Source: Stegostoma tigrinum
Lineage: Eukaryota
Assembly (NCBI RefSeq): GCF_030684315.1
Contig: NC_081369.1
Location: forward strand, 51,753,598 to 51,817,597
Reading direction: 5' to 3'
DNA length: 64,000 bases
Under the pieces are notes generated by a model. That model saw nothing but the letters and a program-made list of their open reading frames with translations. It did no database searches and was not told where the DNA came from. This document shows, one piece after another, positions 21,501 to 32,825 of this stretch; positions within the stretch are counted from its first letter, which is position 1; every line of letters begins with the position of its first letter. The translations under genes and the position numbers were made by a program.

Positions 21501-23859
21501 GTCAATTCTGAAACATCATAAAAGGGTGTAAATCCCTCTGTCAAATGTCAATAACAAACTGATTAAATTCCTAAGCGCGTATTTTATCAATTATACTGAT
21601 ACATTTACGTTTAGTTAGTTAACATTTCTGTTAAAGCAGAAACATTTCGCACAAGTGAACTAGTATACTGGCTAACAAACTTGCTCAGCACTAAATGAAC
21701 TGTGTATTTCTGCCACAAACGTTTCTTTCCATTGCAGAGAGTAATGCATTTGAAAGACTTGCAGCACCAGCAAAACATGACCCTGACACCAGGCAGTTTC
21801 CTGCCTCAGCGTCTTGTGTCTACATCTTCAGTGGACTGAAATTTAGTTTTTGTCCTCTCTTGCTCAATCATAACCCTTCAGCAAAAATCATTTCTTTTAA
21901 AAGTAAAATACCTAGGAAAGACGCCTGAAGGTTTGCTGTTTTTTAATGAAACTCTTCCATTGCTGCCCTTCATCGTTGAGGTTTTTTCTCACATGCAACC
22001 CTGGTCACAACACCTGGAAAAACTACTGACCAGCGGCACCACTGAAACCTCAATATTGGTGTTGCAATAACTTGCTTCTTGCCAAATTGCAGACACAGCA
22101 GTGTCAGCCAGGAAGAAACGTCCTATTGCTTGTCAGATGACCTTCACTGGCTTAGCCTGGGAAATGTCAGCCAGATTATTTTGCTCCCTTAGATTTTGAA
22201 GAGTGGCAATCTCCGAGGACCTTCAGCCAAATGTTATTTAACTGCAAAAATGAATTATCTGCAAGCGCCTCCCTTTAACTTAGAGGTTTGCTTATGTGCT
22301 GAAATGTGAATTTTAGCATCAAGATTTCAGTGCATTCTTGATTCAGAGATAACCCTCGACGCTGTGAAAAGATTTTAAAAAGCAAGAATCCATTCTTGCT
22401 ACAAGTCCTATAATGAATATTAAATTGGTCACTATAGTTTGAAATCCTAATAACAGGGATTCTCTCGAATGAATGAGGTCTTTATATCAGGGTTTCACTA
22501 CCACATTCAAACAAGAAGTGGGTTTTGGTGTTCATATGTTACTGAGCACACAGCTAAAATATGAGTGAAGCGCAATCATGCCAGCCACAATGCCAAATGT
22601 ACACCTTGTAAATGAGAATATAACTATAACCTGGAAATGACAACATACTGTTTTAACTTGCAGACACTGAACGTATTCAATATAAATTATTTTGTCTACC
22701 ACCTTAATGGATAAAGGCACATTGATAAAATACAAAAACATTTTTATGCTGTAATATGAGACAGTAAAAGGTTCAGCTCATGACAATTCAGAATTGATTG
22801 AAATCCAAAATGAATGCACAGCATATTTAAGAAATAGATCCATCATGTCAGAATCCAACAGGTTAATGTTTTGCATTCAGCTCTTGTATCAGTGCTCATA
22901 ATGATTTGTTCAGAGACTGATTAACCCATTAGCATGTGTTTGCAGCCACAACCTTTGCTTTAGTTCTCCTTTTCTGCTTCTGATTCAGGCAACCTCAGAA
23001 GAATGCTTTCCTATTTCATCTCTGAAATATTAAACATTGCCTCTCCCTTTCAAAAGCTGACAGATACTTGTTTCAAACAGTCAATATTCTGAATTCTGAG
23101 TGAATGAAAGCCAATATTTTTGGTGAGCTTTTATCATCAGTCTGTGTCACCAGTTGCCTTGACAATTTAGATTTAGGTCATATGCTCCAGCTTGTGTTAG
23201 TGAAAAAAAAAGACTTCTTTCAACCTTTTCTTCCCTATCTCACTCATTTAATTCCAGTGAATAATTTGAAGAATCAATGTTGAGTTCATTAAAGCAGAGA
23301 TATTTTAAGAAAGATCGAATGAGGAAAAGGTGGAGAATTTGGATTACTACTCAAAGCATAAAGAGGGAGATGAAATGATGGGGTTTTTTTAAATTCAAGA
23401 GATTGTTTAATTATGATGTACACTACAACAGCCGTCTTTGAAGTTGGAAACTGAGCTGGTTCCTCCCGTGAGGAGTTTACAAACTCAGAGCCGTAAAAGA
23501 TTGAAACATTGTCTTCAGTGCACAAATTCCTTTAACTTAATGAATCCTTAATTTTGCTTCAACTCAATTCTATCTATAATTAGATAATTTTCCCATGTCC
23601 TGGAGAGGTTCTCCAAATGGGTCTTTTCACAAGTTTACGCAAAATACATGTTAGTGTTTATAACCTGACAGGTGATCTTTTTCTTAACTGTAGCCCCAAT
23701 TAGTCCTTTCATTATAACTTCCGCTAGCGTGACTTTGAGGTTTAAAGACCACCCCTCATCTTCTATCAGTTCCATTGTTCCCCCTTAAGTTGTACTGCTC
23801 AGTTTCCTTTTAGATCTTTGGGCAGAATTTTCACAGCATTTAAACTGCGTGGACAATGA

Positions 23860-24355
23860 CAAGAAATACAGTCAAACAGCATGGAAACAGACTCTTCGGT
23901 CCAACCAGTCCATACCGACCACAATCCCAAACTAAACTAGTACCATCTGTCTGCTCCTGGATCATATTCCAGCAAAGCTTTCTTATTCATGTACTTATCC
24001 AATCACCTTTTGAAAATGGCAGTTGTACCTGCATTCACCACTTCCTCTGAAAGTTCATTCCACATATGAAACACTCTGTGTAAAAAAGTTGTCCCTTATG
24101 TCCATTTTAAATCTTTCACCTCTCACCTTAAAAATATGTTCCCTAGATTTGAAATCCCTCACCTTTGGGAAAAGACACTTTATCTATGCCCCTCATGATT
24201 TTATAAACCTCTGCAAGGTCACCCCTCAACCTCCCACGCTCCAGTGAAAAAACGTCCCAGCCTATCCAGCCTCTCCTTATAACTCAAACCTCCATTCCTG
24301 GCAACATCCTGGTAAATCTTTTCTGAACCCTCTCCAACTTAATAATATCCTTCTT
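23860..24355 (-). mobile_element. CR1 LINE 3' fragment
   Basis: Reverse strand encodes RFTRMLPGMEV*VIRRGWIGWDVF-like end of ORF2, followed by a CR1 3' UTR. Confidence 0.85.
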
Positions 24356-24539
24356 ATCTAGAAATGTGAAAAGTAAATAAAAAGCCTAAGATAGCCCCGA
24401 AGATTTCAATGTTTAGATGAGAAGCTTGCCAGTAAGTGGTGAGCGCTTTATATTAATGTATTTACACCTCGTTATAATCATTACTGCATATCATGCAGCA
24501 TTGAGGAAAATGGGAAGCTCAAGTATAAACAATGTTACT

Positions 24540-24650
24540 AAGGGATAAGTGCCAAAGGCATGTATATAGTTTAGACCACAGATCAACCATGGTCTCATTG
24601 AGTGGCAGAATAGGCTCAAGGGGTTGAATGACTTATTACTGTTTCTATGT
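24540..24650 (+). mobile_element. CR1 3' tail
   Basis: 'cagatcaaccatggtctcattgagtggcagaataggctcaaggggttgaatgacttattactgtttctatg', cf. 10855-10925. Confidence 0.7.
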
Positions 24651-24667
24651 TTCTCTTTCCATTAGCC

Positions 24668-25050
24668 AATCTCCCCTCCCCCCACTGCAACCCAATCCCG
24701 CCCAGCTCGTCCTCGCCTGCCTAACCTGCTGTTCCTCTCACGCATCCCCTCCTCCCACCTCAAGCCACACCTCCATTTCCTACCTACCAACCTCATCCTG
24801 CCCCTTTGACCTGTCCGTCCTCCCCAGACTGACCTATCCCCTCCCCACCTCCCCGCCAATACTCTCCTCTCCAACTATCTTCTCCTCTATCCATCTTCAG
24901 TGCGCCTCCCCCTCTCTCCATATTTATTTCAGAATCCTCTCTCCATCCCCCTTTTCTGATGAAGGGTCTAGGCCCGAAACAGCAGCTTTTGTGCTCTTAA
25001 GATGCTGTTTGTTCTGCTGTGTTCATCCAGCTCCACACTTTTTTATCTCA
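24668..25050 (+). mobile_element. Penelope pLTR fragment (family 1) with hammerhead motif at 24956-24983
   Basis: Colinear with 40830-41209; CTGATGAagggtctaggcccGAAACAGC with mutated cleavage triplet. Confidence 0.85.
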
Positions 25051-25927
25051 ATTATTCTTCTGGAACTGGCTTTGTATGGTGGCTGTCAGCCTGTCCATTG
25101 AGACAGCCAGACACATGCATGTAGGAAAACAGCACTGGGCCAGGATTGTGATGGACTCCTCCAAGCTGTGTTCCCATTTGTCTCAGACAAATCTGCCTTC
25201 CCCTCCTGTGACCTTCTGTGTATTTGAATAAAATTATTCATGACCAACACCATGAGCTAATCTGCTGGAAATCACAGCGGGTCAGAAGCATGGACTAATC
25301 TTCTGCCTGGGGCTGAGCTGGTGTCTGGTCTCCAGCTGTCCTCAGAGAACCAGCGACCTGGGGATTTCTTCCTCAAACAGCTGCGGAGACGTCCCGGTGA
25401 TGTGCTCACCAGAGGGTGGAAATGACACTTAGCTGAAAATGTTTGAAAAATTCAGCCTTTTATTTTTCCCAGAATCTCAATATGTACAAAATTCCAAGGA
25501 GTGGGAGGGGGGATTTTCTTTTGCAGCAGGGGATGCGACAGAGAGATCTCATACAGGTTTGGTGCATAAACGTTCAAATTCAGATTGGGAAATTAGCCAT
25601 CACACCCGGCCAAATCTCCAGTCCAGGAATCCTTCATGTGCTGTGTATTCTGACACGCTGCTGGAATAGCCAGGCTAAAAATCACACACTTTGTTTCTTG
25701 TTGGTTAGAACAAAGGAGCAAATGTGAGGTTAGGTCAAGTTACATTGCGCAAATGCAGAAAGAAGCAAAAGCAATTGTCACTTCTTTCTTAGCACATAGC
25801 ACAGGAAATAAATGTGAAAATGAAACAGCTTACTTCTATGCCTTAAAGGAGTGCCAAAGTTTTTTTTTCTAATTTATACTTGACACCTGCAATATACTGA
25901 CCAATTAGAGTAGTATTATTCAATATT

Positions 25928-26060
25928 AGTGATAATGGGAACTGCAGATGCTGGAGAATCCAAGGTAACAAAATGTGAGCCTGGATGAACACAGCAGGCC
26001 CAGCAGCATCTCAGAAGCACAAAAGCTGACGTTTCGGGCCTAGACCCTTCATCAGAGAGG
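25928..26060 (-). mobile_element. PLE mini-insertion (family 1) ending just past the hammerhead
   Basis: Near-identical to the arm at 9900-9991, plus the hammerhead. Confidence 0.88.
26028..26055 (-). ncRNA. Minimal hammerhead ribozyme motif, intact core
   Basis: Minus strand: ctct-CTGATGA-a-ggg-tctagg-ccc-GAA-ACGT-C-ag. Confidence 0.8.
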
Positions 26061-26571
26061 CAAGGTTTTCAATGTATCGTATGGAAGGAAAAATAATTTC
26101 AGGAATATATTCAAAACTGCTCCAGAAATTTGTGGTTGATACCAAGTGTCATGCATTGTGTTTAGTACTTGGTAGATGCTGCAAAAAAAGCCTGTCCCAG
26201 TAGAAGTCTTATTATTTGCTTTGACCCAGGAGAATATTTTAATAAGCAGCATTTTCAGTGCCCTTTATGTCTCATGGAACAACACAACAACCAAAAAAAA
26301 AGTCAATTCAGCAACAATCATGTTGCAGGCAGAAGTTAATGAGCACATGATCAAGTAAGGTTTGCTGATTATAGCAGTAACTGAGGATTTGTGTATGTAC
26401 GCTCAAATTCAGAGTCTGCTTCCAAATGCATTAATATTTTCCCTTTTGATTTTCGGTGGACTTAGCATGATATAAAATGCTAAGTGTGTCTTTGCAGTAT
26501 ATTAGTCGGATGTCTGGCAAACAAATTTATGGTGTCAATATGAGAATACTTGGGAGGAAAATCATATGGAG

Positions 26572-26930
26572 TTTTTTTGTTCATTCATGAAATGTTGGTG
26601 TTGCTGACAAGACCAATATTTCTTGCCCATCCCTAGTTGCTCTTGAGAAGATGGTAATGAGCTGCCTTCTTGAATCACTGCAGTTCATTTGGTATATCTA
26701 AATATATATTGCTGTTATGGAGGGAGTTCCAGAATTTCGATCCAACAACAATGAGGAAACAGTGCCCTGTCATATTAAGTCAGGCTGGCATATGGCTTTG
26801 AGGAAAAGTTGCTTCCATGTTTCTGCTGCCCTTGTCCTTCTGGATGATTGTGAATTTGGAAGGTGCTGTCCAGTGAGCCTTGGTGAATTTCTGCAGTGCT
26901 ACTCGTGGATGGTACAAACTGCTGCTATTC
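26572..26930 (-). mobile_element. L2/CR1-group LINE 3' fragment
   Basis: Reverse complement of the tail at 46975-47400 ('gcccatccctagttgctcttgagaagatggtaatgagctgccttcttgaa'). Confidence 0.75.
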
Positions 26931-27127
26931 GGTCTGCCTCTCGTTTACTTGTAAACAAAATGGATCGAGCTCAAATAATTTGTTCAGGATTATTTCTCAT
27001 TATTATTGAAAGGCCTGTTAAAAATTAAGATAAATTTTGAAAATGAATGTCAAAAAGGAAAATCAAACAACAGCTTGAAGAGTATCCAAACAGAAAGGAC
27101 AATGGAAACAGAAATATCAAAGCTTTG

Positions 27128-27331
27128 TTGAACACAACAGGCCAAGCAGCATCTTAGGAGCACAAAAGCTTACGTTTCGGGCCTAGACACTTCAAAAGGA
27201 ATCTGGTGAAGGGTCTAGGCCTGAAATGTCAGCTTTTGTGCTCTTAAGGTGCTGCTTGGCCTGCTGTCTTCATCCAGCTCTACACTTTGTTATCTCGGAT
27301 TCTCCAGCATCTGCAGTTCCCATTATCTCTC
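27128..27331. mobile_element. Fold-back PLE mini-insertion (family 1) with two back-to-back degenerate hammerheads
   Basis: Inverted arms about ~27200; 14-bp TSD atatcaaagctttg/atatcaaggctttg (27114-27127/27332-27345). Confidence 0.9.
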
Positions 27332-27520
27332 ATATCAAGGCTTTGTATTTGTTTAAGTACACATTGGTAAAGGGCCAACTAAAGAAATAATAATCTAATT
27401 AAAATATGCATATTGTAGAAAATCTATCCCCATTATGAAATTCTTCCAAATTAAATGACTTTGAGATTTCATTAAAAGCATAGTTGAAAAGCTTTAGAAC
27501 AAATCAACACAAAAGAAACA

Positions 27521-27731
27521 TAAAAACCAAAGGAACTGCAGATGCTGTAAATCTGGAACAAAAACAAAGTTGCTGGAAAAGCTCAGCAGGTCTGGCAGCA
27601 TCTGTGAAGAAAAGAAATCAGACTTAACGTTTCGGGTCCAGTGACCCTTCCACAGAATGGTTCTGAAACTGACCTAAAACATTCACTCTGATTTTTTTCT
27701 TCACAGAGGCTGCCAGACCTGCTGACTTTTT
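27521..27731. mobile_element. Fold-back PLE mini-insertion (family 2)
   Basis: cagcaggtctggcagcatctgtgaaga / tcttcacagaggctgccagacctgctg arms; hammerhead-like motif on minus 27626-27655; 12-bp TSD acaaaagaaaca/acaaaagcaaca (27509-27520/27732-27743). Confidence 0.88.
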
Positions 27732-27744
27732 ACAAAAGCAACAA

Positions 27745-28630
27745 TGCCTGTGTATGATGGAACAGCACTCATTCTGGCAAATTCGGAGTATTCCTTCATA
27801 CTCCTGACTTGGGCCTTGTAGGTGATGAAAAGACTTGGAGGGCTAAGAGTTGAGTCATTGCTGCAAAATTCCCAGCCTGTGACTTGCTGTTGTAGGCACA
27901 GTATTGATGTGGTTAATTTAGTTCATTGCCTGAACAATGGTAACGCACAGGATGTTGGTCACAAGAGATTCAGTAGTGGTAATGGCATCAAATACAGAAA
28001 AGCAATTGACAGGTTCTCTGATGTTGGAAATTGACTGCCATTTGTGTGACACAAATATTACTCACCAATTTTCAGCCCAAAACTGGATATTGGCCAGGTC
28101 AGAGGTAGTAGGAACTGTAGGACGGTAGGAATTTTCTGAAGAAGGGTCTCGACCCGAAACGTCAGCTTTCCTGCTCCTCTGATGCTGCTTGGCCTGCTGT
28201 GTTCATCCAATTTACACCTTGTTATCTCACATTGTCCAAGTCATACTACATTGATGTATGGACTGTTTCAGTATCTAGTAAAGCTTGAATATTCATAAAC
28301 ATAGCAAAATCATCAGTGAAAACCCTACTTCTGACTTTATGATGGAGGGAAAGTCATTGATGAAGAAGTGGAAAATGTTTGCACCCAGGACACTGCCCTG
28401 AGGACCTGCTGCCAAGATGTCTAGAGCTGAGATAACTGGTGTCCAATAACCATCAGCATCTTCCTTGGTGCTAGCCATGATTCTAATCATCAGATAGTTT
28501 TCCATTTGACTCACATTGACTCCGGTTTTGCTATGGTTCCTCGATGCCACGCTCAGTTGAATGCATCCTCGAAGTAAAAGGCAATCATTCTCACCTCCCC
28601 TCGCGAATTGAATTCTTTTTTTCCATATGA
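27745..28630 (-). mobile_element. L2/CR1-group LINE RT fragment
   Basis: AGPQGSVLGANIFHFFINDFPSIIKSEVG; homologous to 59440-60190 on the opposite strand. Confidence 0.8.
28101..28228 (+). mobile_element. PLE mini-insertion (family 1 variant) with intact hammerhead at 28136-28163
   Basis: CTGAAGA-a-gggt-ctcg-accc-GAA-ACGT-C; short inverted 5' piece; diverged 14-bp TSD atattggccaggtc/acattgtccaagtc. Confidence 0.85.
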
Positions 28631-28749
28631 CATAATACCGACTGTTACACCATTATATTTAAGTGTTTGCTTGAAAAGAATTCAGTAATAATATTTTAAC
28701 ATTTCGGCTTGTAAAAATTGTGTACTGATGTGTTAGCATATGAGGCGTA

Positions 28750-29310
28750 GAAAGATGGCTCAGTAGTTAGCACAGCTGCCTCACAGTGCCATGGGCCCAG
28801 CTTTGATTGCACCCTCAGTCTGTGTGGAGTTTGCACATTCTCCCTGTGCCTGCTTGTGTTTCTGCCAGGTGCTCCATTTACCTCCCACAGTCCAAATAAA
28901 AACCAAAAGAACTACGGATACGGTAAATCAGGAACAAAAACAAACTAGATGGAAAAGTTCAGCAGGTCTGGCAGCACCTGTGGAGGAGAACGTTTCTCAG
29001 TTCTGTTGAAGGGTCACCGGACCCAAAATGTTAACTCTGTTTTCTCCTCCACAGATGCTGCCAGACCTGCTGAGCTTTACCAGCAACTTTGTTTTTGTCC
29101 CACGGTCCAAAGGTACTCAGGATAGGTGGACTGGCCTTGCTAAATTGTCCATAGTGTCGACGGATGTGCAGGCTAAGTGGTTTAGCCTTGGAAATGCAGG
29201 GCTACAAAGATAAGATAGAGGAGTGGGTCTGGGTGGAATGCTCTTTGGGGGATTGGTGTGGATTCTGTAGGCTATATGGTCTGCTGCCACACTGTTAGGA
29301 TTCTATGATC
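28750..29310 (+). mobile_element. HE1-type SINE interrupted by a PLE hairpin
   Basis: A box tggctcagtag, 'gagtttgcacattctccc', core resumes at 29098. Confidence 0.85.
28897..29097. mobile_element. Fold-back PLE mini-insertion (family 2)
   Basis: Inverted arms; degenerate hammerhead at ~29003-29032; 14-bp TSD tcccacagtccaaa/tcccacggtccaaa (28883-28896/29098-29111). Confidence 0.9.
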
Positions 29311-29455
29311 CTTTCTCTGCTGATGAAGTTACTGTAAGCCAATGAAAAATAGGTCCTTTGATGTGAGCAATTGACCTGCTCAATCACAAGAATGATACAC
29401 TTACTAAAAAAAAAATTCATTAAGTAATGAAGTCCACAGGCATGCATCTGAACTG

Positions 29456-29585
29456 AAAACTAAAAGAGCTGCAGATGCTGCAATTCAGAGACAAAACAAA
29501 AAGGAATTGCTGGCAAAACTCAATAGGTCTGGCAGCATCTGTGGAGAGAAAGCAGAATTAACATTTCAGTTCCAGTGACCAGCCT
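29456..29585 (-). mobile_element. PLE mini-insertion (family 2), single arm
   Basis: 'ggtctggcagcatctgtggagagaaagcagaattaacatttcagttccagtgacc' ends within the hammerhead. Confidence 0.75.
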
Positions 29586-29609
29586 CTGAATTAAGTTGCA
29601 CAGAAATAG

Positions 29610-30048
29610 GTACTAATTCGCTGAAATTAAGAAAAGTTTGCAAGGACCTTTCATGAAGACAATGTCCTTTGTTGGCTTTCCCCACGTTACTCATATATTT
29701 CTACGGAGAGGACAAGGATATCGGCTATTCCTAATGCAACAGCAAAATACGAGAAATCTGAAATATAAACCCGAAGTGCCAGAAGTGCTCAGAAGGCCAA
29801 ACAATGTTCTGTGGAAAGAGAAACAAGGGTTCACATTTCAGATCTGCCACTGTCAATCGGACTTTTTCTGTCCACAGGTGTTGCCTGATCTGCTGCACGT
29901 TTCCAGCTGTTTCTCTTTTAATAACCTGTTACTGAGTTCTGAGCACTCTTAAAAAAAGCTCTTACGTATTCTCAAAATTTCCTTTGAATAATGCGTGGGA
30001 GAGATTCATGGCCTGATATTTCCTCTGGGGAAGGGACTACCATAATTC
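29610..30048 (+). repeat. Left arm of a long inverted duplication (partner 34574-35023)
   Basis: e.g. catggcctgatatttcctctggg vs cccagaggaaatatcaggccatg; ttacgtattctcaaa vs tttgagaatacgtaa; cagatctgccactgtcaatc vs gattgacaatggcagatctg. Confidence 0.88.
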
Positions 30049-30054
30049 TGAACT

Positions 30055-30155
30055 ATCGCTTCTGAAGACGGGTCACTGGACCCGAAACATTAACTCTGCT
30101 TCCTCTCCGCAGATGCTGCCAGAAATGCTGAGCTTTTTCCAGCACTTTTCTGTTT
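30055..30155 (+). mobile_element. PLE mini-insertion (family 2) beginning at the hammerhead (30062-30091)
   Basis: CTGAAGA-c-gggtc-actg-gaccc-GAA-ACAT-T-aact; ctgaact repeated at both flanks. Confidence 0.8.
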
Positions 30156-30889
30156 ATACACCTGAACTCCTGACTTGTTAAACAAATATTAAAAGATGTT
30201 CCTGATAGTTGAGTAGTCTTATAATGTGTGGGTGTTCTTGTGCAATGGTGCATGAGCCTTGTTCTGGCCTGGGAGTGGATGAAAATGTTTTCTCATGTTA
30301 CTTGCTGATATGGTGGTTTGTCTTCTACAGTATGAAAGAGAAGGTGTGTTCCAACACAATACATGGTGAGGCAGGAGCCATATGCTGTCATTGACAATGA
30401 CTATCCCTGCTGTTTGACCACTCAGCTCCAGAGCTCCAGACAGGGCCAGGTTATGACAAGCTGACACCGAAAGATATGTCAAGCTGAAGAGTTCATTCAA
30501 CATTATCAATTAGATATTGAGTAGTATCAAATCATTTTTGGATCCTAATTCCACCTAAATGAAACATCTGTCTTCGAGGTTGAATGCACATACAAAGGCT
30601 ACGTCAGTCATAAAAGTTAGAGTTTAATTCTTGATTTGCTTACCCATCTTCATACTGATGACAGTGAAGGAAAGTGTATAAGGAAAGAATCTGGGATTAT
30701 TCAGGAGAAAATGGGGGAGTTGGTGTTTGTGCTCATGCTGGAACAACACAAGGGACAACAGGATGCAGGACAATCTTTTGGGCATGCACAAAGCTTTGCA
30801 AAACACCCTCACTTCATGAAACAGATCCAAGAAATTTTTGATGATATTGAACTCAAAGCAAAAGAAAACTTGCTTGATTCAGACTACAA

Positions 30890-32297
30890 ATCCTCCGACG
30901 AACCAAAGTCCCCACCTGTTTCAAGAAGACCACCATTATCCCTGTACCAGGAAAACACATACAGTGTGCCTTAATGAGTACTGCCCAGTGGCCTTGACTT
31001 CAATTATCATGAAGTGTTTGGAGAGGCTGGTTCTGGCCCATATCAAGCCCAGTCTCCCAGACCACCTCCATCCCTTACAGTTTGGCTCCTGACAAACAGA
31101 TCCACAGAGGATGCCATAACTCCATCCCTGCACTCACCCCTGGAACATTTGAACAACAAAGTCAGACAGACAAAGTCAGACGTAGGCCCAAAACATCAGC
31201 TTGTGTTCTCTTAAGATGCTGCTTGGCCTGCTGTGTTCATCCAGCTCCACACTTTGTTATCTCACATTCTCCAGCATCTGCAGTTCCAATTACCCCTGAA
31301 CTTGGTCTTAGCTCCGCCTTCTGCAACTGGATCCTCAGCTTCTACCCATATGCCGCAATTAGTGAGGATAGGTAACTGCACCTCCTCCACAATAACACTC
31401 GACACTGGAGTCCCCCACCCCCCCCCCACCAAGGATGCGTCCTCAGTCCCCTACTGTATGACGGTACATCTACAACGGCGTTGCCAAATTCCAAACAAAC
31501 ACCATCTACATTTAACATCACTGTAGTGAGATGGATATCTAACAATGATGCTTTAAAATACAGAAGGGAGACAGAGAGCTTGGTGACTTGGTGCAGTGAA
31601 AACAATCTGTCTCTCAACTTCGGCCCAAGAAGGGATGAGAAGAAGCCCCCATCTACATCAACGGAACTGAGGTTGATAGGGTGAAGAGCATCAAATTCTT
31701 CAGAGTGACAATAACCAACAACCCGTCCTAGACTTCCCATGTAGATGTAACAGTCAAGAAGGCACAACAACACCTCTTATTCCACAGGCAGTTCTGGGGA
31801 TTTGGTGTGTCCATAAGGCCCCTCACCAACTTCTAAAGATACACCATTGAAAGCATACTGTCCAGGTGTATAACGGCCTGGTATGGCAACTACTCTGCTC
31901 AGGACCTTCAGAAATTATAGAAGGTGGTATGCACAGCCCAGACCATCATGGAAAACAACCTTCTATCCATGGACTCTATTTAATATGTTCGCTGCCGCAG
32001 AAAAGCAGCGAACATCAAAGATCCATCGCACCCTGGTAATGGCTTCCTACAACCTCTTCCATCTGGCAGAAGAAACAGAAATCTGAACACTCACACAAGC
32101 AGGTTCAGGAACAGTTTCATTCCAGCTGTTATCAGAATGTTGAATGGACTCTAGTGTCAAATAATGTAATCTGCAATATAACCTGAATGCCTCTGAATCT
32201 TTTTGATCTGTACATCCTTTGCTTGCTGTGTTCTGCCTGTACTGCTCGTAAACAAAGCTTTTCATTGTATTTCGATACACATGACAATAAAATCAAA
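30890..32297 (+). mobile_element. Rex1/Babar non-LTR retrotransposon 3' fragment, decayed
   Basis: VPTCFKKTTIIPVP, CLNEYCPVALTSIIMKCLERLVL, YRRETESLVTWCSENNLSLN, IESILSRCITAWYGN; tail 'cttttcattgtatttcgatacacatgacaataaa'. Confidence 0.85.
31182..31297 (+). mobile_element. PLE mini-insertion (family 1) within Rex1
   Basis: 'taggcccaaaacatcagc...gatgctgcttggcctgctgtgttcatccagctccacactttgttatctc...gcatctgcagttcc'. Confidence 0.8.
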
Positions 32298-32479
32298 GTG
32301 CGTGAAATTGAAAGGACAGGAATGTAAAAAGCCAACGATGGTGCTGGTCTAAGCGCTTATGAAACACTTTTTCCAACACACATGTTTTGATTTTGGTTAA
32401 TTTAGGAAACTCAGAAAAATGGTTAAACGATGTATAAAAGCTTACCTTGATGGTGTTAATGATAACCTGGTTGGAGATT

Positions 32480-32825
32480 TTCTTTTAAATTCATTCACAG
32501 GATATGGGCATTACTGACAAGGCCAGCATTTATTATTCATCCTTAATTTCTCATCGGACAATTAAGAGTCAACCACATTGATGTGGATCTGGAGTCACAA
32601 GTAGGCCAGACCAGGTAAGGCTGGCAGCTGCTGTCCATAAAGGACATTGGTGAACCAGATGATGACAATTTCATGGTCATCAATAGACACTTAATATCAG
32701 ATTTTTATTGAATTCAAATTCCACCATCTGCAATGGTGGGATTCAAACCCAAGTCGCCAGAATATTACTTGGGTCTCACGATTAATAGTCCAACCAATAA
32801 TACCACTAGGCCATTGCATCCCAGA
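32480..32825 (-). mobile_element. tRNA-derived SINE (family B), near full length
   Basis: Reverse-strand A box (taccactaggcca) and B box (gggattcaaaccc); tail shared with the L2/CR1-group LINE. Confidence 0.85.

Noticed and set aside
30636-30974. 112-aa ORF with protein-like composition
   Set aside because: The 3' quarter is out-of-frame Rex1; the remainder has no recognisable domain or convincing splice sites.
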